DNA of 64,000 nucleotides from Escherichia coli (GTDB lineage Bacteria; Pseudomonadota; Gammaproteobacteria; Enterobacterales; Enterobacteriaceae): NCBI RefSeq assembly GCF_002854065.1, contig NZ_CP024147.1; one strand, 5' to 3'. Shown piece by piece: positions 46,232 to 55,743 of this stretch (position 1 is its first letter; each line of letters starts with the position of its first letter). The notes under the pieces were generated by a model. It saw only the letters and a program-made list of their open reading frames with translations, ran no database searches and was not told where the DNA came from. The position numbers and the translations under genes were made by a program.

Positions 46232-46439
46232 GGGCAAATCCAAACCACTTATTTAACAACTTGAAAATAAGGTATTTTACCTGGGTTGTTATAAAAGGAT
46301 TGCATTGCGTAAACGCTTTTTATTTACAAAATAATGGGGAAGTGTTACTGCGATTGCGAAAAGTCTGAACCGATTGAATTAAGATAATATAGAAAATCAG
46401 ATACAACAAAAATGGCAGGTTGATGAGGTGAAGATAAAT

Positions 46440-46513
46440 TGGAGCGGGCGAAGGGAATCGAACCCTCGTATAGAGCTTGGGAAGCTCTCGTTCTACCATT
46501 GAACTACGCCCGC
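46440..46513 (-). tRNA. glyU: tRNA-Gly (anticodon CCC)
   Basis: Minus strand reads GCGGGCGTAGTTCAATGGTAGAACGAGAGCTTCCCAAGCTCTATACGAGGGTTCGATTCCCTTCGCCCGCTCCA; cloverleaf with CCC anticodon and encoded CCA. Confidence 0.92.
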
Positions 46514-46591
46514 TTCGAGATGCGTAAGGCATTATAAACCTTACGCTCTCCTTAGCAAGTGCCGCGCTGCTGACTGCTGATTAATTCGCCA

Positions 46592-47347
46592 TCAGCATTT
46601 TGGCTTGCTGCCCTGCGGCGGCAAGTAACGTAGCGGATCAATTGCCGTTGCACGGTAACGAATCTGGAAATGCAGGCGAACAGATGCCGCATCCGTGCTC
46701 CCCATGGTGGCGATTTTTTGCCCAGCCTTCACGCTTTGCCCATTATTTACCAGCATCGTGTCATTATGGGCGTAAGCCGTAATGTAATCTTCACTGTGTT
46801 TAATCATGATGAGATTACCGTAGCCACGCAGCTGGTTGCCCACATACACCACCTTTCCTGCACCCGCGGCGTAAATAGGTGTACCCCGTGGAGCAGAGAT
46901 ATCAATCCCTTTATTGCCGCCATCTGCTGTCGAATACGGCATGATAACTTTCCCTGTCGTTGGCCATAACCAACAACGTTGCCCTACTGGCGGCCAGGAA
47001 GATTTCGGTACCGCTGATGACGGTGTAACCGATGCGGTTTTGGTCGTTGATTTGGCGGTTGATTTACGTGTACTACTGCTACTTTTCGCCCCACCCAGTT
47101 TTAGTTTCTGACCAACTTCAATGGTGTAAGGGGGGGAAATGCCGTTCAGTCGCGCCAGCTCTTTTACGCTGGTTCCCGTGGTGCGCGAAATACGATATAG
47201 CGTATCCCCCCGTTTCACGGTGTAAACGGAGCCGGAATACGTTCCTGTATCGGATGATTTGCTACCCGAACAGCCCGCCAAAAGCAGTCCAACCGATAAC
47301 AACATCACGATACCCAGAGATTTTTTATTCAGGCGTCCCGCACTCAA
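46592..47347 (-). CDS. ygeR: LysM-domain M23-peptidase lipoprotein
   Basis: ORF 46592..47371; TTG start at 47347 with GAGGAAAG Shine-Dalgarno gives 251 aa MSAGRLNKKSLGIVMLLSVGLLLAGCSG (lipobox); LysM segment VYTVKRGDTLYRISRTTG; C-terminal M23 domain. Confidence 0.9.
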   Translation of the reverse strand: MSAGRLNKKSLGIVMLLSVGLLLAGCSGSKSSDTGTYSGSVYTVKRGDTLYRISRTTGTSVKELARLNGISPPYTIEVGQKLKLGGAKSSSSTRKSTAKSTTKTASVTPSSAVPKSSWPPVGQRCWLWPTTGKVIMPYSTADGGNKGIDISAPRGTPIYAAGAGKVVYVGNQLRGYGNLIMIKHSEDYITAYAHNDTMLVNNGQSVKAGQKIATMGSTDAASVRLHFQIRYRATAIDPLRYLPPQGSKPKC

Positions 47348-47489
47348 AATCTTTCCTCGCTTAAAAAACAAGACGCCATATCATAGCAGCCAGCCTCTTG
47401 ATACCCAATCTCTTGCTTCTGGAAAAACGCGGTAGGTGATGCTGCCAACTTACTGATTTAGTGTATGATGGTGTTTTTGAGGTGCTCCA

Positions 47490-47765
47490 GTGGCTTCTGT
47501 TTCTATCAGCTGTCCCTCCTGTTCAGCTACTGACGGGGTGGTGCGTAACGGCAAAAGCACTGCCGGACATCAGCGCTATCTCTGCTCTCACTGCCGTAAA
47601 ACATGGCAACTGCAGTTCACTTACACCGCTTCTCAACCCGGTACGCACCAGAAAATCATTGATATGGCCATGAATGGCGTTGGATGCCGGGCAACCGCCC
47701 GCATTATGGGCGTTGGCCTCAACACGATTTTCCGCCATTTAAAAAACTCAGGCCGCAGTCGGTAA
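47490..47765 (+). CDS. insA: IS1 InsA
   Basis: Identical 91-aa InsA ORF; A6C frameshift motif at 47741..47747. Confidence 0.9.
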   Translation: MASVSISCPSCSATDGVVRNGKSTAGHQRYLCSHCRKTWQLQFTYTASQPGTHQKIIDMAMNGVGCRATARIMGVGLNTIFRHLKNSGRSR

Positions 47766-48187
47766 CCTCGCGCATACAGCCGGGCAGTGACGTCATCGTC
47801 TGCGCGGAAATGGACGAACAGTGGGGATACGTCGGGGCTAAATCGCGCCAGCGCTGGCTGTTTTACGCGTATGACAGGCTCCGGAAGACGGTTGTTGCGC
47901 ACGTATTCGGTGAACGCACTATGGCGACGCTGGGGCGTCTTATGAGCCTGCTGTCACCCTTTGACGTGGTGATATGGATGACGGATGGCTGGCCGCTGTA
48001 TGAATCCCGCCTGAAGGGAAAGCTGCACGTAATCAGCAAGCGATATACGCAGCGAATTGAGCGGCATAACCTGAATCTGAGGCAGCACCTGGCACGGCTG
48101 GGACGGAAGTCGCTGTCGTTCTCAAAATCGGTGGAGCTGCATGACAAAGTCATCGGGCATTATCTGAACATAAAACACTATCAATAA
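47684..48187 (+). CDS. insB: IS1 InsB frame
   Basis: Identical 167-aa ORF. Confidence 0.85.
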   Translation: MPGNRPHYGRWPQHDFPPFKKLRPQSVTSRIQPGSDVIVCAEMDEQWGYVGAKSRQRWLFYAYDRLRKTVVAHVFGERTMATLGRLMSLLSPFDVVIWMTDGWPLYESRLKGKLHVISKRYTQRIERHNLNLRQHLARLGRKSLSFSKSVELHDKVIGHYLNIKHYQ

Positions 48188-48468
48188 GTTGGAGTCATTA
48201 CCAACGCGGTAATAGAGAAAGAGGTTAATTTCATTTGGCAAAGGGAAGTATCATCAGCAAAATTTTCGCTGTAGAGGTATCGAATTTCCTGACTTTTTTA
48301 CCCTATTTCCCATCCTGATGCGTAATAATCCCAATTTATCACATTGATTTTATCGCCACTCATATTGATACGTATCACTGTCCCTATTCAGAGTCCTGTT
48401 TCGTATCATATCTGTGTTTTTTTAACGTCATCACACTTCCTTCCTCCCCTAACGCTTATCGTCGTTTC

Positions 48469-48484
48469 TGGCGTAAATCTTGCC
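48469..48484 (+). promoter_or_regulatory. Candidate sigma-54 (-24/-12) promoter upstream of xdhA
   Basis: TGGCGT-AAATC-TTGCC fits TGGCAC-N5-TTGCW with correct GG/GC spacing, about 95 nt upstream of the xdhA start; a sigma-54 activator gene (ygeV) is adjacent. Confidence 0.4.
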
Positions 48485-48578
48485 TGCTTAGACTAAATCT
48501 TTGCCATAAGAACCAAATGTTCAAATCGAGGGGATTTCTATGGAAGCGCGGGAAGCAACCGCTACGGGTGAATCATGC

Positions 48579-50837
48579 ATGCGCGTTGATGCCATTGCTA
48601 AGGTCACCGGGCGGGCACGATATACTGACGATTATGTTATGGCGGGCATGTGTTATGCGAAATATGTACGTAGCCCTATCGCACATGGTTATGCCGTAAG
48701 TATTAATGATGAACAAGCCAGAAGTTTACCAGGCGTACTGGCGATTTTTACCTGGGAAGATGTGCCTGATATCCCATTCGCTACAGCTGGGCATGCATGG
48801 ACACTTGACGAAAACAAGCGCGATACCGCCGATCGCGCACTGCTAACTCGCCATGTTCGTCATCATGGTGACGCCGTTGCCATCGTCGTGGCCCGCGATG
48901 AACTCACGGCAGAAAAAGCGGCGCAATTGGTCAGCATTGAGTGGCAAGAATTACCCGTTATCACCACGCCAGAAGCGGCGCTGGCAGAGGACGCTGCACC
49001 AATCCATAACGGCGGCAATTTACTGAAACAAAGCACGATGTCGACGGGCAATGTCCAACAAACAATCGATGCCGCCGACTACCAGGTACAGGGGCACTAT
49101 CAGACTCCCGTTATTCAACATTGTCACATGGAAAGCGTAACATCGCTGGCGTGGATGGAGGATGACTCGCGAATTACCATCGTTTCCAGCACCCAGATCC
49201 CGCACATTGTTCGCCGCGTGGTTGGTCAGGCGCTGGATATTCCCTGGTCATGCGTACGAGTCATCAAACCATTTGTCGGTGGCGGTTTTGGTAATAAACA
49301 GGATGTACTGGAAGAGCCAATGGCGGCATTCCTGACCAGCAAGCTTGGCGGCATTCCGGTGAAAGTTTCCCTTAGCCGTGAAGAGTGTTTCCTCGCAACC
49401 CGTACCCGCCACGCTTTTACTATTGACGGGCAAATGGGCGTGAGCCGCGACGGAACATTGAAAGGTTATAGTCTGGATGTTCTGTCTAACACCGGCGCTT
49501 ATGCATCTCACGGGCACTCCATCGCTTCTGCGGGGGGGAATAAAGTCGCTTACCTTTATCCTCGTTGTGCCTACGCTTACAGTTCAAAGACCTGCTATAC
49601 CAACCTCCCCTCGGCTGGTGCGATGCGTGGTTATGGCGCGCCACAAGTCGTATTTGCCGTTGAGTCTATGCTTGATGACGCCGCGACAGCGTTAGGTATT
49701 GATCCTGTTGAAATTCGTTTACGCAACGCCGCACGCGAAGGAGATGCTAATCCGCTCACGGGCAAACGTATTTACAGCGCAGGGTTGCCGGAGTGTCTTG
49801 AAAAAGGCCGGAAAATCTTTGAATGGGAAAAACGCCGTGTAGAATGCCAGAACCAGCAAGGCAATTTACGCCGCGGCGTTGGCGTCGCCTGTTTTAGCTA
49901 CACCTCTAATACCTGGCCTGTCGGCGTAGAAATAGCAGGCGCGCGCCTTCTGATGAATCAGGATGGAACCATCAACGTGCAAAGCGGCGCGACGGAAATC
50001 GGTCAGGGTGCCGACACCGTCTTCTCGCAAATGGTGGCAGAAACCGTGGGGGTTCCGGTCAGCGACGTTCGCGTTATTTCAACACAAGATACCGACGTTA
50101 CGCCGTTCGATCCCGGCGCATTTGCCTCACGCCAGAGCTATGTTGCTGCGCCTGCGCTGCGCAGTGCGGCACTGTTATTAAAAGAGAAAATCATCGCTCA
50201 CGCCGCAGTCATGCTACATCAGTCAGCGATGAATCTGACCCTGATAAAAGGCCATATCGTGCTGGTTGAACGACCGGAAGAGCCGTTAATGTCGTTAAAA
50301 GATTTGGCGATGGACGCTTTCTACCACCCTGAACGCGGCGGGCAGCTCTCTGCTGAAAGCTCCATCAAAACCACCACTAACCCACCGGCGTTCGGCTGTA
50401 CCTTTGTTGATCTGACGGTCGATATTGCGCTGTGCAAAGTCACCATCAACCGCATCCTCAACGTTCATGATTCGGGGCATATTCTAAATCCGCTGCTGGC
50501 AGAAGGTCAGGTACACGGCGGAATGGGAATGGGCATTGGCTGGGCGCTATTTGAAGAGATGATCATCGATGCGAAAAGCGGCGTGGTCCGTAACCCCAAT
50601 CTGCTGGATTACAAAATGCCGACCATGCCGGATCTGCCACAACTGGAAAGCGCGTTCGTCGAAATCAATGAGCCGCAATCCGCATACGGACATAAGTCAC
50701 TGGGTGAGCCACCAATAATTCCTGTTGCCGCTGCTATTCGTAACGCGGTGAAGATGGCTACCGGTGTTGCAATCAATACACTGCCGCTGACGCCAAAACG
50801 GTTATATGAAGAGTTTCATCTGGCAGGATTGATTTGA
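48579..50837 (+). CDS. xdhA: Xanthine dehydrogenase molybdenum-binding subunit
   Basis: ORF 48540..50837; product from MRVDAIAKVTGRARYTDDYV is 752 aa; aldehyde-oxidase/xanthine-dehydrogenase MoCo domain. Confidence 0.93.
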   Translation: MRVDAIAKVTGRARYTDDYVMAGMCYAKYVRSPIAHGYAVSINDEQARSLPGVLAIFTWEDVPDIPFATAGHAWTLDENKRDTADRALLTRHVRHHGDAVAIVVARDELTAEKAAQLVSIEWQELPVITTPEAALAEDAAPIHNGGNLLKQSTMSTGNVQQTIDAADYQVQGHYQTPVIQHCHMESVTSLAWMEDDSRITIVSSTQIPHIVRRVVGQALDIPWSCVRVIKPFVGGGFGNKQDVLEEPMAAFLTSKLGGIPVKVSLSREECFLATRTRHAFTIDGQMGVSRDGTLKGYSLDVLSNTGAYASHGHSIASAGGNKVAYLYPRCAYAYSSKTCYTNLPSAGAMRGYGAPQVVFAVESMLDDAATALGIDPVEIRLRNAAREGDANPLTGKRIYSAGLPECLEKGRKIFEWEKRRVECQNQQGNLRRGVGVACFSYTSNTWPVGVEIAGARLLMNQDGTINVQSGATEIGQGADTVFSQMVAETVGVPVSDVRVISTQDTDVTPFDPGAFASRQSYVAAPALRSAALLLKEKIIAHAAVMLHQSAMNLTLIKGHIVLVERPEEPLMSLKDLAMDAFYHPERGGQLSAESSIKTTTNPPAFGCTFVDLTVDIALCKVTINRILNVHDSGHILNPLLAEGQVHGGMGMGIGWALFEEMIIDAKSGVVRNPNLLDYKMPTMPDLPQLESAFVEINEPQSAYGHKSLGEPPIIPVAAAIRNAVKMATGVAINTLPLTPKRLYEEFHLAGLI

Positions 50838-50847
50838 AGATAACATC

Positions 50848-51726
50848 ATGTTTGATTTTGCTTCTTACCATCGCGCAGCAACCCTTGCCGATGCCATCAA
50901 CCTGCTGGCTGACAACCCGCAGGCCAAACTGCTCGCCGGTGGCACTGACGTACTGATTCAGCTCCACCATCACAATGACCGTTATCGCCATATTGTTGAT
51001 ATTCATAATCTGGCGGAGCTGCGGGGAATTACGCTGGCGGAAGATGGCTCGCTACGTATCGGCTCTGCAACGACATTTACCCAGCTAATAGAAGATCCTA
51101 TAACTCAACGTCATCTCCCGGCGTTATGTGCTGCGGCCTCGTCCATTGCTGGACCGCAGATCCGTAACGTCGCTACCTACGGTGGAAATATTTGCAACGG
51201 TGCCACCAGCGCAGATTCTGCCACGCCAACGCTCATTTATGACGCGAAACTGGAGATCCACTCCCCACGCAGTGTTCGTTTCGTCCCGATTAATGGCTTT
51301 CACACCGGGCCGGGCAAAGTGTCTCTTGAGCATGACGAAATCCTTGTCGCCTTTCATTTTCCGCCCCAGCCGAAAGAACACGTGGGCAGCGCGCATTTTA
51401 AATATGCCATGCGCGACGCAATGGATATTTCAACGATTGGCTGCGCCGCACATTGCCGACTGGATAACGGCAATTTCAGCGAATTACGTCTGGCATTTGG
51501 TGTTGCCGCGCCAACGCCGATTCGCTGCCAACATGCCGAACAGACTGCACAAAATGCGCCATTAAACCTGCAAACGCTTGAAGCTATCAGCGAATCTGTC
51601 CTGCAAGATGTCGCCCCGCGTTCTTCATGGCGGGCCAGTAAAGAGTTTCGTCTGCATCTCATCCAGACGATGACCAAAAAAGTGATTAGCGAAGCCGTCG
51701 CCGCGGCGGGGGGAAAATTGCAATGA
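50848..51726 (+). CDS. xdhB: Xanthine dehydrogenase FAD-binding subunit
   Basis: 292-aa [42 protein letters not shown] (CO-dehydrogenase flavoprotein fold). Confidence 0.93.
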
Positions 51727-52202
51727 ATCACAGCGAAACAATTACCATCGAATGCACCATTAACGGGATGCCTTTTCAGCTTCATGCCGCACCAGGCACG
51801 CCGCTCTCGGAATTACTCCGCGAACAAGGACTGCTAAGTGTCAAACAAGGGTGCTGCGTGGGTGAATGTGGTGCCTGTACGGTGCTGGTCGACGGCACAG
51901 CAATAGACAGTTGCTTATACCTTGCCGCCTGGGCTGAAGGAAAAGAGATCCGCACGCTGGAAGGTGAAGCGAAAGGCGGAAAACTTTCTCATGTTCAGCA
52001 GGCTTATGCGAAATCCGGCGCAGTGCAGTGCGGGTTTTGTACGCCTGGCCTGATTATGGCTACCACGGCAATGCTGGCGAAACCACGCGAGAAGCCATTA
52101 ACCATTACGGAAATTCGTCGCGGACTGGCGGGAAATCTTTGTCGCTGCACGGGGTATCAGATGATTGTAAATACAGTTCTGGATTGCGAGAAAACGAAGT
52201 AA
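51723..52202 (+). CDS. xdhC: Xanthine dehydrogenase iron-sulfur subunit
   Basis: 159-aa ORF with 2Fe-2S cysteine motifs ([24 protein letters not shown]); overlaps the xdhB stop. Confidence 0.93.
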
Positions 52203-52207
52203 AAGGA

Positions 52208-52231
52208 TATCCGGCCTGAATTCAGGCCGGA
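52208..52231. terminator. Perfect palindrome between convergent xdhC and ygeV (probable bidirectional terminator)
   Basis: atccggcctgaattcaggccggat in the 39-bp gap between two convergent stops. Confidence 0.5.
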
Positions 52232-52241
52232 TTCACTGAGG

Positions 52242-54020
52242 TTATGTGTTTAACAACTCATATTTCTTAATCTTGCGATAGAGCGTAGCAATGCCGATGC
52301 CCAGTTCATCAGCAACTTGCTTCTTGCTGTTATGACGTGAAAGCGCCTCGCGGATCATTTGCTTTTCCATCTCCTCCAGCGCCGTGCCGCCCGCATCATC
52401 GAGTGACAGGTGTGCCTCAGTGACCTCTGTTACATCACTTTGCTCCGTTGTGCCATTATTCAGCAGATTTGGCGGCAATAGCGTGCTGTCGATAACTTCA
52501 CCTGAAGGAACAACGTTAACCAGATATTCCATCAAATTGCTTAACTCGCGCAGGTTTCCGGGCCAACGATGCTTACGCAATATTTCGACGACATCGGGAG
52601 CAATGCCAGGATAAACCGATCCCAGACGACGGGTATGCAGATGTAAAAAGTAATGCACCAGTAGTTCAATATCTTCCTGACGTTCACGCAGCGGTGGCAG
52701 AGTTATCGGGATAACATTAAGTCGGTAGAAGAGATCTTCGCGGAATTTACCTTCGGCAATGAACTGGGCCAAATTCTGGTTAGTTGCAGAAATGATGCGA
52801 ATGTCGACTTGTATTGGGCTACTGGCACCAATCGGCAGAATTTCACGTGCCTCAATAGCGCGCAGTAATTTAGCCTGCAACATTAATGGCATATCACCTA
52901 TTTCATCTAGAAACAGCGTGCCCGTATTCGCCGCCTGAATCAACCCTGTTTTACCGTTGGCAGAAGCGCCAGTAAATGCGCCTTTAACATAACCGAACAG
53001 TTCGCTCTCCAGAAGCTGCTCCGGAATCGCGGCACAGTTGATAGCAATAAAGGGTTTATTCCGTCTTCCGCTCAACTTATGGATTGCACGGGCGACGACT
53101 TCTTTACCCGTGCCGCTTTCACCAACCACCATAACGCTGGATGGGCTGGGTGCAATACGGCTAATGAGTCGTTTTAATTGCCGCATAACACGGCACTCGC
53201 CAACCAATTGTTCAATATGCGGTTCATCAGGTGCATTTGCTACAGAAAAACTGGTATGCGATTGGTGAAACGCCATTAAAAATAATTGTCGGCCCTGAAT
53301 GTTATGCAATTGGCCAATGATTAATTCACTTTTATCGTCCCACGAAACAATATGCTGCATATGTCCATGGGTAAAATTACTCTCAAATGTTAATGGTCTG
53401 AAACGGATAGGTTTCCCAATAATATTATTTTGTACAATACCAAGTGTTTTTAAGGCAGTCTGATTAACAAACTGAACCCGACTTTCATCATCAACAACTA
53501 ATACGCCCTGATCCATATTATCGATCATGGTCGCGAATATTTTACTGATGTTATCTCCTGGCCCCTGATCCTCCAGAAGTTTCGAAACAAAAATGGTGGA
53601 TATATGGCGAACATAATCAGAAAATTCGCGTAAATTATCACTGATATGCTCTTGTTGCTCGTGGGTAACGGCAATCAAACTTATCACCCCAACACAACGA
53701 TCCTGTAAAATGACAGGCGTACCCAGAAATGCTTTTTCGCGGCAATTTTCTTTACTATCGCAACCTTCGCAAAGGGGATCGAAGCGAGACTGTGTCACAA
53801 CTTTTTCAGTTTTCGTTTCCAGGACGTGGCGGAGCAGGCGTGAGTTGCCGCTCAACTGGCGACCAAGAAACTTCCCATACGCGCCAGTTCCGGCGACGCG
53901 ACACAAGTTTTCATCAACGATCTCAACCTCAAGCTGCAAAACGCTGGCAAGCATTCTGGCAAAACGCTGAATTGTCGGTTGAATTTGCATCAATACTGAC
54001 TGCGTAGTAGCAAGCTCCAT
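52242..54020 (-). CDS. ygeV: Sigma-54-dependent transcriptional regulator
   Basis: 592-aa ORF; AAA+ sigma-54 activator motifs (GESGTGKE, GAFTGA, C-terminal HTH ...IATLYRKIKKYEL). Confidence 0.92.
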   Translation of the reverse strand: MELATTQSVLMQIQPTIQRFARMLASVLQLEVEIVDENLCRVAGTGAYGKFLGRQLSGNSRLLRHVLETKTEKVVTQSRFDPLCEGCDSKENCREKAFLGTPVILQDRCVGVISLIAVTHEQQEHISDNLREFSDYVRHISTIFVSKLLEDQGPGDNISKIFATMIDNMDQGVLVVDDESRVQFVNQTALKTLGIVQNNIIGKPIRFRPLTFESNFTHGHMQHIVSWDDKSELIIGQLHNIQGRQLFLMAFHQSHTSFSVANAPDEPHIEQLVGECRVMRQLKRLISRIAPSPSSVMVVGESGTGKEVVARAIHKLSGRRNKPFIAINCAAIPEQLLESELFGYVKGAFTGASANGKTGLIQAANTGTLFLDEIGDMPLMLQAKLLRAIEAREILPIGASSPIQVDIRIISATNQNLAQFIAEGKFREDLFYRLNVIPITLPPLRERQEDIELLVHYFLHLHTRRLGSVYPGIAPDVVEILRKHRWPGNLRELSNLMEYLVNVVPSGEVIDSTLLPPNLLNNGTTEQSDVTEVTEAHLSLDDAGGTALEEMEKQMIREALSRHNSKKQVADELGIGIATLYRKIKKYELLNT

Positions 54021-54389
54021 AGCTTTACCTTCCAGACTTACTTAAAAGTCGATCATTGAAGACGTTGATGGTTCACAGATCATGATGATATTAACTCAGG
54101 CGAAATTGGCTTTGATAAAAACATAAGATTTTTATCACTTTCTAATGAAATTATGGAAGAGATATCACATTTCTATATCAATATGAGAATTACGGCGGTG
54201 AGTTTATCAAACTGACGAGGGATAGCCTGCCCCTTTATCTTATTTCTGATACTTAGCAGCAAATAAATAACGCAATAAAAAAAGCCAAACGTTTTCGTAT
54301 TTTACAAACAACCGGAAGCTAGCATCAATTTGTGATCAACCCCACACATTATCCGTCAAATTAGTCTTTTGCAGCCCCGTGGATAATTC

Positions 54390-54404
54390 TGGCACACTTA
54401 TTGT
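54390..54404 (+). promoter_or_regulatory. Weaker sigma-54-like motif upstream of ygeW
   Basis: TGGCAC-ACTTA-TTGT: good -24 element, imperfect -12 (GT instead of GC), about 100 nt upstream of the ygeW start. Confidence 0.3.
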
Positions 54405-54495
54405 TAGTCCCAGGTATAGCTGTGAAAACACCAATCACTTTGGCAAGTCACAGTGAAATAAACCACTTTGCCTGTCATTCCACTACCGGGACTTT

Positions 54496-55686
54496 ATGAT
54501 GAAAACTGTTAATGAGCTGATTAAGGATATCAATTCGCTGACCTCTCACCTTCACGAGAAAGATTTTTTGTTAACGTGGGAACAGACGCCAGATGAACTG
54601 AAACAAGTACTGGACGTTGCCGCAGCATTAAAAGCACTGCGTGCTGAAAACATCTCAACCAAAGTCTTTAATAGTGGATTAGGTATTTCCGTATTCCGCG
54701 ACAACTCCACTCGTACCCGCTTCTCTTATGCTTCCGCGCTTAACCTGCTCGGCCTTGCACAGCAAGATCTCGATGAAGGCAAATCACAAATCGCTCACGG
54801 CGAAACCGTGCGTGAAACCGCCAATATGATCTCCTTCTGCGCCGACGCTATTGGTATTCGCGACGATATGTATCTGGGCGCAGGCAACGCCTATATGCGT
54901 GAAGTTGGCGCTGCACTTGATGACGGTTACAAGCAGGGTGTACTGCCACAGCGTCCGGCTTTAGTGAACCTGCAATGCGATATTGACCACCCGACTCAGT
55001 CAATGGCTGACCTCGCGTGGTTACGTGAACACTTTGGTTCACTGGAAAACCTGAAAGGTAAAAAAATCGCCATGACCTGGGCCTACTCTCCAAGCTATGG
55101 CAAACCGCTCTCTGTACCACAAGGCATCATCGGTCTGATGACTCGCTTCGGTATGGATGTCACCCTGGCCCATCCGGAAGGCTACGACCTGATCCCGGAT
55201 GTGGTTGAAGTGGCGAAAAACAATGCTAAAGCCTCCGGTGGTAGCTTCCGTCAGGTCACCAGCATGGAAGAAGCCTTCAAAGACGCAGACATCGTTTATC
55301 CGAAGTCATGGGCACCTTACAAAGTGATGGAAGAGCGTACTGAATTGCTGCGTGCGAACGATCACGAAGGCTTAAAAGCACTGGAAAAACAGTGTCTGGC
55401 ACAGAACGCGCAACACAAAGACTGGCATTGTACTGAAGAGATGATGGAACTGACCCGTGATGGCGAAGCCCTGTACATGCACTGCCTGCCAGCTGATATC
55501 AGCGGCGTATCCTGCAAAGAAGGTGAAGTGACTGAAGGCGTATTCGAAAAATACCGTATCGCTACCTACAAAGAAGCCAGCTGGAAGCCTTATATCATCG
55601 CCGCGATGATCCTGTCCCGTAAATACGCCAAACCAGGTGCACTGCTCGAGCAACTGCTGAAAGAAGCGCAAGAACGCGTGAAATAA
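54496..55686 (+). CDS. ygeW: Transcarbamylase-family protein YgeW
   Basis: 396-aa ORF MMKTVNELIKDINSLTSHLHEKDFLLTWEQTPDEL...; carbamoyltransferase-like fold (STRTR motif). Confidence 0.9.
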   Translation: MMKTVNELIKDINSLTSHLHEKDFLLTWEQTPDELKQVLDVAAALKALRAENISTKVFNSGLGISVFRDNSTRTRFSYASALNLLGLAQQDLDEGKSQIAHGETVRETANMISFCADAIGIRDDMYLGAGNAYMREVGAALDDGYKQGVLPQRPALVNLQCDIDHPTQSMADLAWLREHFGSLENLKGKKIAMTWAYSPSYGKPLSVPQGIIGLMTRFGMDVTLAHPEGYDLIPDVVEVAKNNAKASGGSFRQVTSMEEAFKDADIVYPKSWAPYKVMEERTELLRANDHEGLKALEKQCLAQNAQHKDWHCTEEMMELTRDGEALYMHCLPADISGVSCKEGEVTEGVFEKYRIATYKEASWKPYIIAAMILSRKYAKPGALLEQLLKEAQERVK

Positions 55687-55743
55687 CCCCTCGGGCCGAT
55701 CAGCTGGTCGGCCCTCTATTTCCAGAGGCCAAAAGGATAGGAT

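Larger units (their letters stand above)
44912..46242 (+). mobile_element. IS2 insertion sequence (1331 bp) with 5-bp target duplication AACCA
   Basis: Left end TAGACTGGCCCCCTGAATCTCCAGACAACC at 44912, right end ...GGGGCAAATCCA at 46242; identical 5-mers at 44907..44911 and 46243..46247; insC and insD frames. Confidence 0.95.
47435..48203 (+). mobile_element. IS1 insertion sequence with 9-bp target duplication AACGCGGTA, in the ygeR–xdhA divergent intergenic region
   Basis: IRL GGTGATGCTGCCAACTTACTGAT at 47435, IRR ...ATCAATAAGTTGGAGTCATTACC ending 48203; identical 9-mers at 47426..47434 and 48204..48212. Confidence 0.95.

Noticed and set aside
46320-46532. 70-aa minus-strand ORF overlapping glyU
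   Set aside because: It covers the tRNA-Gly gene itself; spurious.
39421-48203. Possibility that the three IS1 copies form a composite transposon carrying the island remnant
   Set aside because: The copies at 39.4/40.2 kb are in the opposite orientation to the one at 47.4 kb and each outer copy has its own target duplication, which argues for independent insertions rather than a mobilised composite element.
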